Source: Macrostomum lignano
Taxonomy: Eukaryota
Length of the DNA: 64,000 nucleotides
Direction of reading: 5' to 3'
NCBI GenBank assembly: GCA_002269645.1
Contig: NIVC01002162.1
Coordinates: 124,001-188,000 of the forward strand
The notes beneath the pieces are model-generated. The model ran no database searches. It was not told the DNA's origin and worked only from the letters and a program-made list of their open reading frames with translations. The position numbers were made by a program, and so were the translations under genes. Below, in pieces: positions 13,001-25,050 of this stretch. Position 1 is the stretch's first letter. Every line of letters starts with the position of its first letter.

Positions 13001-16000
13001 CTAGCCGAAAAAGTGTGGCTCAAAAATCTTAGCCAAAGTGACAAACAGTGACGTGATAGATGCCAAGCAGCCGAAGCCGCAGATAGTGGCATCTTTAATC
13101 AGCACTAAGCGCTGCTGGGTGCTAGCCGGCCGATGCCAAACAAGCCGCAGATGAGCGGCGCAGGGCAGCACAAAAGCCAAGAAGATTGACCCGACAGCGC
13201 CAATAAACGAGCTGACGTAAGCGTACAGTTTGCGCAATAGTATAGCCATGGCTAACTGGCACATTACAATGCCAAATCTGAGACAGTTTCTCATCCAAGT
13301 TGGGGCGCCGTCGGGAGTTGAAGTGGACAGCAGAGCGTGAGCATCATTGGCGGCATTGTTATTGGGTGAGTCGGAATCCAGCTGAACAGAAGCAGACGCG
13401 ATCAGGGCTTCTTGCTCTTCGGGAGAGACAGAGTCTGTAGAGTTGGGTTATTTGTGCGTTTGTTTGGCTTATTTTCCATACAAAAATTGTCTTCACTGTG
13501 CTACTTATCACAGGGTTTAAAAGTAGTGCAGTTAGGATTTTTTAAAATTACCGTTAATTTCCGTGTATTCTACTTGTTTATTAATATCATAACAAGTAGT
13601 GCAGTGAAGTCAGGAGTTTTTCAAATTTGTGAATAGCTCATTTTATGCTAAGGAAAATTGAAAAGAAACTCGACAAAGCTACTAATATCTGTCCTGAAAT
13701 GAGTAGTGCTTGTTAGATTTTGTCGGAATTTTCCCAGAAACAAGTGTTAACACACAAGTGTGACAGGGAAAAAATTGCTTTAGATTTTGGTGTTTGACAA
13801 TTTGTGTTTCTATTAATAAGCATGGTAGACAGAATGGAATTTACCTCTATAACCTGCCCCAGTGAGTAAAAATTCCATTGCTTACTGGAGATTATTAAGA
13901 ATTCGTTTGAATTGGCTCTATACACCTCTGCATAGCTGCACACATGCACACACAGACACGTACATTTGCACGACTCGAAAAATTTATTAAATAGATTGGA
14001 AAATATTTCAAGGCTACTACACGCCCACATATTGCCTAGGCCTGGGCCAGGTTGGAAAAATTAATTCTGTGCTACCTAATATTGCTGCTTCTATAGTGCA
14101 GATACAATCTGATGACACAGATATGTACTTAATAACGATGAACACTGCACAACATGTTATACATCCTTAAGTGACAACGCTAATAAATTTTTGTAAACAG
14201 TGTTGTATTGTAAACTCAACTTAATAAAAAACCTAGAAATGATTAATCGAATTCAAATTATATAAACTCCGCGCTTGACTTAAATTAACTGCTTCAATTT
14301 TGTTTAGCTAATTTTTAGCAATCTGCTTATTTGCATTGATCGCTTGCAACAATCAATACTAATATTGAGCAGGAAATTTATGATTCAAAGCGAAGGGTGT
14401 TTGCTTTTACGTGCCTTTGCCTAACTACTGACCTGTTTTAGACGTCTGTCTAGATCTACCTGTCTGTCCAGATCATCTAGCTGTCTAGATCTACCTGTCT
14501 GTCCAGATCATCTAGCTGTCTAGATCTACCTGTCTGTCCAGATCATCTAGCCGTCTAGATCTACCTGTCTGTCCAGATCATCTAGCTGTCTAGATCTACC
14601 TGTCTGTCCAGATCATCTAGCTGTCTAGATCTACCTGTCTGTCCAGATCATCTAGCTGTCTAGATCTACCTGTCTGTCCAGATCATCTAGCCGTCTGTCC
14701 AGATCATCTAGCCGTCTGTCCAGATCATCTAGCCGTCTGTCCAGATCATCTAGCCGTCTGTCCAGATCATCTAGCCGTCTGTCCAGATCATCTAGCTGTC
14801 TGTCTAGATCATCTAGCCGTCTGTCCAGATCATCTAGCTGTCTGTCCAGATCATCTAGCTGTCTGTCCAGATCATCTAGCTGTCTGTCTAGATCATCTAG
14901 CTGTCTGTCCAGATCATCTAGCTGTCTGTCTAGATCATCTACCTGTCTGTCCAGATCATCTAGCCGTCTTTCCAGATCATCTAGCCGTCTGTCCAGATCA
15001 TCTAGCTGTCTGTCTAGATCATCTAGCCGTCTGTCCAGATCATCTAGCTGTCTGTCCAGATCATCTAGCTGTCTGTCTTAGATCATCTAGCTGTCTGTCT
15101 AGGTCTGTGTCCTAGTGCCTGTCTCAATAATCCCGTCTGTGTGTCCTAGTGCCAGTCTGATTTTAAAGTGCACATGAAACAGGCTATGCCAGTCAGAAGC
15201 TGTTAAAACATCGCAGACATCAAAAAGATCAGCTGCAGATTTTAGTTTAGAGGTTAAAAAAGCATTTAATTAGCTAAACTTTCACACAATCACACAAAGA
15301 AAAAATATGTAAGAATTGAAGCAAAAATAGAGATGCAAAACTCTGTTCTGTTAGAAGGCCGATAGATCCGCTGATAATAACGATGTACTCCAGTTGTGTA
15401 GGTAAATAGTATTAGAGAGTTTCAATTAAAAAAGGATTAAAAACAGCCTACATTATTAACTATGCATTTGTTATAAAAAGGAAGCATTGACAACCCTTAA
15501 AAATTTCTAAAAAGCAACGCTTGGTTCTGCATTCGCATCACCTATTATTAGAAAACTGCGTACTGGAAGGAAGTTAATTTTTAAAATTATTAGCTACAGA
15601 AGACTGCATTAATAAAAAAAAAGATAAAAAATAGAAGATATATGCACACATATACCGGGCTCATCATAATTAACTGAGGAACCATTGACGCTTGCCGAAG
15701 TTCGATCTGGTGGGTGTGATATAATTATGCAGCGGCAGAGAATTAATATTCATAAATATATTCTGACGATAAAAAGGCTATATGAAAAACTACCAAATTA
15801 ACAGAAATACACCAAAATTTGGACTATTGGTAAAATCCATGACTAATAAAAATAATAGGCATTAACAAGAAGCCTTCGGCGACATTGTCCCGCAACCAGC
15901 GTTGAAGCAATTCAGCACATTCCTTCCTTGCTAATTTTTCTCCCATTTTTTGGTCATTTACTTCTACCATTGGTAGAAATAAACTGTTAGGTTGAATTAC

Positions 16001-19000
16001 ATCATCGCCCATTAAGACAGTCTTCTCAACACAAGTCTCCACCTGTAGCAACTCACGGCTTGAGCATCCTCTCCACCTGTAGCAACTCACTTCTCCCACG
16101 GCTTGAGCATCCTCTCCACCTGTAGCAACTCACTTCTTCCACTGCTTGAGCATCCCTCTGATTGAATTAACATGACATCAAAAGTCCACCGTATTTATAA
16201 TTTGAAAAAGCATCAACCATTTACCAAAAACAGTCAATAGTTGAACACAGAAATAAACTCACATCTAGCCAAGAAGAGTTTCTCAGTCATCTGAATAACC
16301 GGATAAATCTGCAGTGGGAAAGTGAAGATCACTCCCAGGATGAGTGTAGCATCCAGTATGACAACGAACAGAGATTGGGTAGGCAGATTTTGCACCACAA
16401 TCTGTCTGGTGTCCTGGCCATAACGCAGGTAACCAATAGTGCCAACACCGCCAAGTATAGCTGTCACAACCACTAGGGAGCCGCGTAGGAACGAGCGAAA
16501 ATTATGTCGGTTGTCTTCCATGCTGGATTCAATTGGGATTACCTGTTGGGATGTTGAAATTTGACATCTTTTAAGTTGGAATCATGGTGCAATTTGACAG
16601 GCCAATTGAGCGCCACAACTGAGACTTCAGTGTGATTTTAGCACCACAACTGAGACTTTAGTGCCAATTAAGCGCCACAACTGATATTTTAGCGCCAATA
16701 AGTGCCACAAAAAATGAGATTTTAGCGCCAATTAAGCGCCAGAACTGATATTTTAGCGCCAATAAGTGCCACAAAAAATGAGATTTTAGCGCCAATTTAG
16801 CGCCACAACTGAGACTTCAGTGTGATTTTAGCACCACAACTGAGACTTTAGCACCAATTAAGCGCCAGAACTGATATTTTAGCGCCAATAAGTGCCACAA
16901 AAATGAGACTTCAGCGCCAATTTAGCGCCACAACTGAGACTTCAGTGTGATTTTAGCACCACAACTGAGACTTTAGCACCAATTAAGCGCCAGAACTGAT
17001 ATTTTAGCGCCAATAAGTGCCACAAAAATGAGACTTCAGCGCCAATTTAGCGCCACAACTGAGACTTCAGTGTGATTTTAGCACCACAACTGAGACTTTA
17101 GCACCAATTAAGCGCCAGAACTGATATTTTAGCGCCAATAAGTGCCACAAAAAAAGAGATTTTAGCGCCAATTTAGCGCCACAACTGAGACTTTAACGCC
17201 AATTTAGCGCCACAACTGAGACTTCAGTGCCAATTTAGCGCCACAACTGAGACTTTAACGCCAATTTAGCGCCACAACTGAGACTTCAGTGCCAATTTAG
17301 CGCCATAACTGAGACTTCAGCGCCAATTAGCACCACAACAACGGAGAATTTAGCGCAAATTCAGCGCCACAACTGAGACATTAGCGCTAATTTAGTGTCA
17401 CAACGGATTTATGTTGTGATTCTTTAATATTTTCTGTTAAACCAAATGGTTTTCTATAGGTCACAGTACTCGTATTATGCAGTAAATATTTAATCACACA
17501 GCCACTGACTCCGTTAATAAACCTTAAGTAAAGGTCTCCAAGAACTAATTCTCCAGGGCCGTTCTGGCTCGTGAAACAGATAAAATAAAATTCGACCCCT
17601 GCTGAGAAAAGTAGGTTTCAAACTCTCTTACTTACACAAACTTTATAGATAAGATTTAAAGCAGATCTGACCTCTTTCGAATCTTTCCTCAACAAGCATT
17701 TGGTTCACAGACATGGCAAGCATTCACAGTTATAGTAGAACGCTGCACGCTAACACTATATATTCTACAACATTACTTTCTGGACTTTCGACTTTACAAA
17801 CCTCTGTATGTCAAAATGAGAAAAATACTTGAATTTCAACCTACAAGAATGGAAAATATTTTTTGCCAGGGAGCAGTGTCCTTCCATCACAATCACAATG
17901 CACTTCCTTTTTGCCGATGCATGCATGCTAAAAGTGCACATTGTTGATACTGGGGTTTCGATTTAAAGTACTAAAGCACTAAAGCACTAAAGTATTTAAG
18001 TACTAAAGTACTAATTCACTATAGTACAACTGAAGTACTTAAGTACTAAAGTACTAATTCACTATAGTACAACTGAAGTACTTAAGTACTAAAGTACTAA
18101 TTCACTATAGTACAACTGAAGTACTTAAGTACTAAAGTACTAATTCACTAAAGTACTAATGCACTAAAGTACTAATGCACTAAAGTACTAATGCACTAAA
18201 GTACTAATGCACTAAATGCACTAAAGTATTAATGCACTAAAGTACTAATGCACTAAAGTACTAATGCACTTAAGTACTAATGCACTAAAGTACTAATGCA
18301 CTAAAGTACTACAGTACTTAAGTACTAATGCACTAAAGTACAAGCTATAAAAGAGGATAGAGCTGTTGCTTACCGTTCCAATCCCTTCGTAGGACACGGC
18401 CACCATCCCAATATACACTGGCAGAGTGGCACCTGTAGCCTGTTGAACAGTGTCGCTAACAGAGAACTGATGCAGCATAACGGCTAGGACAGCTACAACT
18501 CCGGCACAGATGCTGATATTAGCTACAACACTAACGCTGCCCATACTGCGAATATTGCGAATCAAAGCGAAGCCAAGAAACAGAGGCAACGGCGCGCAAA
18601 CTAGAAGCCATAGAGGCGGCACAGACCAAGTTGGAGTCTCCGTAAATCCGTCCAAATCGCTGTTTTGCTGCTCCGCCTGAGTGTGATAATCGTAAGCCTG
18701 CGGGATTTGTTGGGAGATTGGGAATATCATTTTTGGGGGGTTAGAGTGCAACAGTAACTTATGCCTTATGCCTGAAGGGTTTTCGTACGAATCACAGGCA
18801 TGAGGGCCAAGCCTAAGGCACAGAGAGAGTACATGCCTGACGATAAGAAAGTCAAGGAGGGCCGCTGTACACATTCGGTATGTCAGGAGTCAGCAGAATG
18901 GGCAGAATTGCTTCATCGCCGCTTGTGGGACGGGACATAAATGCCCAACACCTGACCGACCCAGCTGATTCGGCCGGGTGGCGAGAGGTCTGGCCAAGGT

Positions 19001-20931
19001 AAGTCGCAAAAATGCTGACCCGAAAAGACTAGTACTAATTAGACGACGAGGCATTTAGCCTCAGAAATACAGTTATAGTTACTCCAGCCGTTAACCCAAA
19101 TTACGTTAATTTTGCTTTAGTTTCTTTAATGGGTAAATCGCATTTTTGGTCAAAAAGTAAGTCGCACGGCTGGGTGAACTTTCGAAGTTGGGCATGTATG
19201 TTATGGGACGAGGTCAGACGTAGCCCTCGCCTTTGCCCTCCTAGGAATAAATTTGATTATGATTAAAATACCCAGCTGCATTACACAACAAGGACGCCAA
19301 AAGACTCTCACCTGAAACGCGACCGTATCGGTGTCATTTCTACCCAAAGACAGCACCTGATGCAGAGTATTGCCAATAAATATAAAATAATTAATGCAGA
19401 AGCCGAATTGAGTAATAAACAGAGACGCATTGACTAGCCACAGGCCGGGCCGACCGTACGTGAACTTGGCAATATCCCCTAGCGTGACAATCCGATGCAG
19501 AGCGTCCGTCTGTCTGCGCTGATGACTAGCATCGTCTGCTGCTCCGTCTGAACCATTATTACTCGAATTATTATTATTGTTGTTATTACTATTACTATTA
19601 TTGGTGTTAGTAGTAGACGGAGAGGCCCCTGGTCCCAATGCATCAGGACAAAAGCCGTCGTTATAGTAATACGGACTAGAATTATTATTATTACTGCTAC
19701 TATTTTGGCCAATAGTGCCATTGCCATCCAGAGACGCCTCAGATCCGGAATCTTCATCATTAACTAACGATTCAACCATCAGCTGTTTGCAGGTAACTAT
19801 CAGGTAGCAGCAGTGATCAGTTAGTACGGCTATGATCATTAGTAGAGCGAAGCCGAGCTGTCAGAGTTAATAAAGAAGTTGACGGGTTTGTTTGTGTTGC
19901 TACTGACTGACAGAACTTTTATCAAGTTCATTGTGTCCTATGAGCCATTGTTACCCCTTGCTACCTACCCTGGTTCCTCTATGATGGGTCATTGTTACCT
20001 CACCTGGTTCCTCTATGATGGGCCATTGTTACCCTCACCTGGTTCCACTATGATGGGCCATTGTTACCTCACCTGGTTCCTCTATGATGGGTCATTGTTA
20101 CCTCACCTGGTTCCACTATGATGGGCCATTGTTACCTAACCTGGTTCCTCTATGATGGGCCATTGTTACCTCACCTGGTTCCTCTATGATGGGCCATTGT
20201 TACCCTCACCTGGTTCCTCTATGATGGGCCATTGTTACCTCACCTGGTTCCTCTATGATGGGCCATTGTTACCCTCACCTGGTTCCTCTATGATGGGCCA
20301 TTGTTACCTCACCTGGTTCCTCTATGATGGGCCATTGTTACCCTCACCTGGTTCCACTATGATGGGCCATTGTTACCTCACCTGGTTCCTCTATGATGGG
20401 TCATTGTTACCTCACCTGGTTCCTCTATGATGGGCCATTGTTACCTAACCTGGTTCCTCTATGATGGGCCATTGTTACCTCACCTGGTTCCTCTATGATG
20501 GGCCATTGTTACCTAACCTGGTTCCTCTATGATGGGCCATTGTTACCCTCACCTGGTTCCTCTATGATGGGCCATTGTTACCTAACCTGGTTCCTCTATG
20601 ATGGGCCATTGTTACCCTCACCTGGTTCCTCTATGATGGGCCATTGTTACCCTCACCTGGTTCCTCTATGATGGGCCATTGTTACCCTCACCTGGTTCCT
20701 CTATGATGGGCCATTGTTACCACCTGGGTCCTTTTATTCTATGAGCCATGGTTACTACATTTCAGTCCTTTTATTAACCATTAATACTAATAACAATAAC
20801 AAAAAAGTCTTAATAATACTTACAGCAAGACCAGACTGACTAAAGGCAAATGGCATCGACAAATAGTTGGAGCCAATAAATGCCTTGAATAAGTTGGCAA
20901 AGTCTGATACATGCTGCAGCGCTGAAACCAT
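13001..20931 (-). CDS. SLC36/Aa_trans (AAAP) amino acid transporter, 5 coding exons, ~563 aa
   Basis: Exons 20931-20824, 19857-19312, 18697-18374, 16542-16263 and 13434-13001 join in frame with GT-AG boundaries. Motifs NLFKAFIGSNYLSMPFAF, TQFGFCINYFIFIG, SYEGIGT, FTFPLQIYPVIQ, FIGAVGSIFLAFVLP. Confidence 0.9.
14435..15100. repeat. Intronic minisatellite switching from 35-bp to 21-bp units
   Basis: GTCTAGATCTACCT+GTCTGTCCAGATCATCTAGCT units, followed by the 21-bp subunit alone. Confidence 0.93.
16600..17400. repeat. Composite ~31-bp minisatellite in SLC36 intron 3
   Basis: Recurring AGCGCCAATTTAGCGCCACAACTGAGACTT units arranged in longer repeated blocks. Confidence 0.9.
17965..18340. repeat. 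AT-rich short-unit tandem repeat (ACTAAAGTACTAATGC-like)
   Basis: 16-bp units plus ~46-bp higher-order units, ending just beyond the exon 3 donor. Confidence 0.9.
18810..18935 (+). mobile_element. SINE family core fragment (copy 1)
   Basis: GAGAGTACATGCCTGACGATAAGAAAGTCAAGGAGGGCCGCTGTACAC...GGAGTCAGCAGAATGGGCAG is shared with the copies at 33.6, 47.2, 61.4 and 62.6 kb. Confidence 0.75.
18995..19180. repeat. Dispersed repeat, CpG-retaining copy; homologous copy at 25760-26180
   Basis: Shared blocks GGTAAGTCGCAAAAAT, CTAGTACTAATTAGA, GGCATTTAGCCT, ATGGGTAA.TC.CATTTTTGGTCAA. Confidence 0.75.
19940..20730. repeat. 34/35-bp alternating minisatellite (69-bp dimer) in SLC36 intron 1
   Basis: Unit TGATGGGCCATTGTTACC(C)TCACCTGGTTCCTCTA. 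Confidence 0.95.
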
Positions 20932-21722
20932 TGTATCACTGTTTTAGGCATGAAATTCCAACTGGCAGTTTTGTAGTCAAGCATGCAAGAGAATGAAATA
21001 TATACAAATTATAAAAACGAAGACAAAATAACATTTATCAATTAAGTTAGATAGTTTATACAATTATTTATTGTTTATTGTTTCAATTTATTATAGTAAA
21101 AGGGCCATTCCATATAATTATGGTCATAACATGACAGACTATTTTTACTTATAAAATGAAATCTAATAATAGAATATACTAAACCAATATTTTGAATGAA
21201 AGATTATTTTGTCAAGAATATGCTTATAAAGTTTCATATAGATATCATCATTAGTATAGATGCTATTAAACCTTGAATGGCACTTATGGTCGTAACAACA
21301 GGGTTTTTGACACATAGAAACTAAAAGGTTCTTAGATTGTATACATTGCCCAAAATTTCTCCTCATGGCAATGACCCATGGCAATGGCCGGCCATTGCCT
21401 AGAATTCCAATTCCAATGCAACCAATTAATTGAAGCCAGTTTTTATTCAGCATCTTGCAAAGCATATTTTGCATCAGTCAATTCAAAACGTTTATTTTAA
21501 GATGTAAATAATTAAACTGGCACAGGAATTGCAAAATCGACAGTACAAAAAGCACAGTGTCAGTATATCATGTAAATTTTTGTCGGTGATGAACATCATA
21601 CTGGTCGAGCAAAGTACTAAAAGTCATTAAATAAATAATATTAAACTAGACTGTCGTTCTTATTCTTTCAGTAATTCTACGAGTATAATTTGCTGATTCC
21701 TGTAGAAGTAAAGATTGCATGC

Positions 21723-23005
21723 CTAATTAAAGGAACATCCGTGAAAGGTGCAATTGTTGAAGGCAAACTTCGTACCAACAGAATAGGCAGCTTCAGTGCT
21801 AACACTGACCTCCGTTGATACTGCAGTCTCACCGACGATCTCAACAGCATCAGCATGTTCGGGTGGCCCAGCTTCTTGCTCTAGATCATGACGATTCAAC
21901 GCCACCTGAACAGACTCACTCGTCTTTTGAAGCGACCGGTCGCGACGCTTGGCTAGGTACCTCCTAGTCGTTCGCTCGCTCAGCTGTCCAGTAATGCTCA
22001 TTATATCGCTCATGCTGTGCCCTGCCGCCTCGAGATCGCATATTCGCGTGACCCTGTTTTAGAGTGCAAATTTATATAGTTGGATTCATGAGTAATTGGT
22101 AACATAACATGTATCATAACATAATTAAAGTTACTATCATTAATTTATCAGTCTTACCGAATGCAATGATTCGTGTAGGTCTTCGCAAGTCCCGCCTTCG
22201 TACTCAAGTTTCTCATGAAGCCACTCAGATAATTCTCTCCACGGTTCTGCTTCGAGGAGAAAACAGGGCCTCCATCGTTGCGGCTGGCCAAAGGACGAGG
22301 AAACAGATTGTTGTCCTTCGTTGTAACTGGAAGCAGCTTGAGGTATTTCTCCACCTTTTCCACGTCGTAAATTCTGGCCTGCTTGTTGTCCGGCTGCTTC
22401 TTGGCCTTCTCTGGATCTGCTGACTTATTTTTCGAGGGCAACGGAGGCAGACAGTAGTACGGCTTTCCATCAGAGTCGACGTGCAATTGAAGTGAGCTTC
22501 TATCCTTCAAGAACTTGAGGTGCTCCTGGCCTCGCTCGCCAAAGCTGTATATGATGTAGAATAAGAATTTGTCCTGCTCAACTTCAGCTGTGCTGCCTTG
22601 GAAGTAGATCATCAGCTTCCTCATGTCCCCCTCCTCGATTGGCTCAAACTGCTGCGTCCTCCCACCACTCTGGTGAAAGTCTCGAACCTTCACACGCAGC
22701 ATGCTATTTGCAGAAGAAAAGTCTTCTCCATTGATGATGTCAACGGTTAGCTTCTCGATCATCCGCAAATAGCGCTGCAGTCCAGCCCTGATGCACACCA
22801 GCGATGCGGGCGAGTAAGGTTCGCCGTCAATCTTCTTCAGTTTAAAGTAGAAGTAGCGAATGTATTGGTTGAGCACCGAATTCGGAATGGTTTGTAAATT
22901 GCGCTGAAGATTTTCCTCTGTGAGGAATGTCTTGAACCGCTGTCCATGGCTGATCATATGCTTCCTGCTGTCTGCTGGTAGGCTGTCAATCTCGGCGATG
23001 TCCAT
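21723..23005 (-). mobile_element. Crypton-type tyrosine recombinase (DUF3504-like) gene, 2 exons
   Basis: Exon 23005-22158, intron GTAAG...AAACAG, exon 22053-21723. Motifs KIDGEPYSPASL, FGERGQEH (catalytic R), SKNK, YTNHCIR (HxxR), SITGQ, RRY (catalytic Y) and C-terminal FNNCTF. Element ends not identified. Confidence 0.85.
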
Positions 23006-23468
23006 GGCGCTGATATCTACGCCGCCTCCCGCAGGAGCGGCAGATGCTCATCGGGCTCGGGCTCCTTTTGAATGAATTCGAGAAATCTAGCGAACTCGTC
23101 GTCCCTTCTGTCATTGTAAGAAGCCTCCGAAACAAAATTCAATTTGTCCTTAGTCACGTTGCCCAGCTCACTGCAGGGCAAATGCTTCCAATTAATGAGC
23201 GGTGCCTCCATCTCTGCAGCCGTCCGCTTTTCTCTATCTGAGATTTGACCTCTAGACACGCAAATATTTATATTTGTAATTAATTTAGGGGTGGGTGCAG
23301 AGTAAGGGGTGGCTGACTTCAGGTGCGCGACTTAAAGGTGAGACATAGGCGAGGTGGAGGTAACCTTATCTCAAACCCCCTTAGAAGCATCGACTGATAA
23401 GAATTCACGATAGTGTACATAAAGTGCGTAGATTATGTAAGAGTTTTGAAATTTTAAGCAATGATGCT

Positions 23469-23588
23469 CATCGGAAGTCAGAGTTTAAGGCGATGGCCTA
23501 ATTGACAGTCGCGGCTACCGCCTGGTTTGTAAATTGCGCTACCGCTGCTTGTGTCAAAGGCCATTGCCTTAAACTCTGACTTCCGATG
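23469..23588. repeat. 30-bp inverted repeat with 60-bp spacer
   Basis: CATCGGAAGTCAGAGTTTAAGGCGATGGCC (23469-23498) versus GGCCATTGCCTTAAACTCTGACTTCCGATG (23559-23588), 1 mismatch. Confidence 0.9.
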
Positions 23589-24169
23589 AACCCTCCATTA
23601 AATACAAAAAAAGATTTTGTAAAAAAATTGGCTGATAAGGCAATGACAAACAAAAAATTGACTTTTTTTTCTATTTTCAAAATATGTCCATCTTATATGG
23701 AATGGGCCAAAAGCATCTTTTAATCTAGACAAATGAGTTAAAAAAATGTAACAAAATTTAAATTTATATCTTGGAATTATGCTAAAAAATGTATACTGCA
23801 TGTTTTAAGGATATTTTCTATATAAACAATATTACAAATAAAACTAAACTACAATAAACAAAATAATTATAAATTGAATATTTTTAAATGGCTCCTATCA
23901 CTAAAATGAACACTTGTAGAATCTTTTATTTTTTAGTAAAGCCAAAGCAAAGTGTAGTACATTTATCATAAAAACAACTTGTCACTATAACAATATATAT
24001 GCTAGGCCCTATATTTGTGTGGCATGTCTTCTAGAGACCCCGTGACTTGGCCTTGTCAGCCTTGTAGACTAGAATATATTCAAGAATTCTCTGTGATTAT
24101 AGCAAAGACCATCTTCTTTACTATATAGGGTGCTAGGCCCTAATCAATTCAATGAAAAATAAATTTGAT

Positions 24170-24560
24170 TTGACAGATTTATAATAGACACAGGGCCTAT
24201 CAACTTAAGCTTATAGAGTGGAGCCTAAATAACATGTATACAAATAATTGTGTCATTCTTGGGATAATTACAATAACACTAAAAAGCAGCTTTTGGCAAA
24301 AAAGCAACAAATATTAGACTTAAGACAACAAGAAAGGGGATAATTAGCAATTATTATGTCAACTTAAGCTTATAAAGTAAAGTCCCTAATTATCTTTTTG
24401 TTTGTTCTCCTCTATCCCAAGTCCAATTTTTGTTGCTTTTTTGTCAAAGCCTGCTTCTTAGTGTCATTGTGAGCTGAATGATGTATCACTTGTATGCACA
24501 GGTTACTTGGGCTCCACTTGATGAGCCTAAGTTGATGGGTCCTTTATTGACAATCTAGTC
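24170..24560. mobile_element. Degenerate foldback (MITE-like) element 1
   Basis: Arms ~24170-24330 and ~24420-24560 are reverse complements that differ mostly by transitions. Confidence 0.7.
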
Positions 24561-24639
24561 AATTTTGTAACAATGAAAGAAGAAAAATGAAGGAAGAAAG
24601 GAAAGAAAGCTTGAAATTTATGCTTAAAAATTAACCTCT

Positions 24640-25050
24640 AGTATATGTGTGTAAGGGGGTTTTGGTGTTTTACAAGCTCTATCTGAAATTGATCACTATC
24701 TCAATATATGGCTAGCTTTGGTTCACAATCATTTACATGTATTTCTTCTATTTAAATGATTGTGTACCAAAGCTGAGGGGGTGTCAAAGACATATATAGT
24801 CACATATATTTATTTGTTTGACTGGGACTTGTTAGTGATTGAAATGTCATCTTGAGTTAACGTGTGCTCCCAAGTAACTTGATGCTTTATTATTCTCTGC
24901 ACGCTGCTACCCCCCTCAGTTTTGGTTTACAATCATTTAGATATAAGCAATATATGTAAATGATAATGAACCAAAGCTAGCCATGTATTAAGATAGTGAT
25001 TGATTTCAGATAGAGCTGGTAAAACACTAAAACACCATTACACACATAGG
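24640..25050. mobile_element. Degenerate foldback (MITE-like) element 2
   Basis: Arms ~24640-24755 and ~24945-25050 are reverse complements, e.g. GCTCTATCTGAAAT...GGCTAGCTTTGGTTCA. Confidence 0.75.

Noticed and set aside
15824-16099. 91-aa ORF as an extra SLC36 exon
   Set aside because: Exon 4 (phase 1) joins the last exon directly in frame; the ORF overlaps a short local repeat and has no transporter motif.
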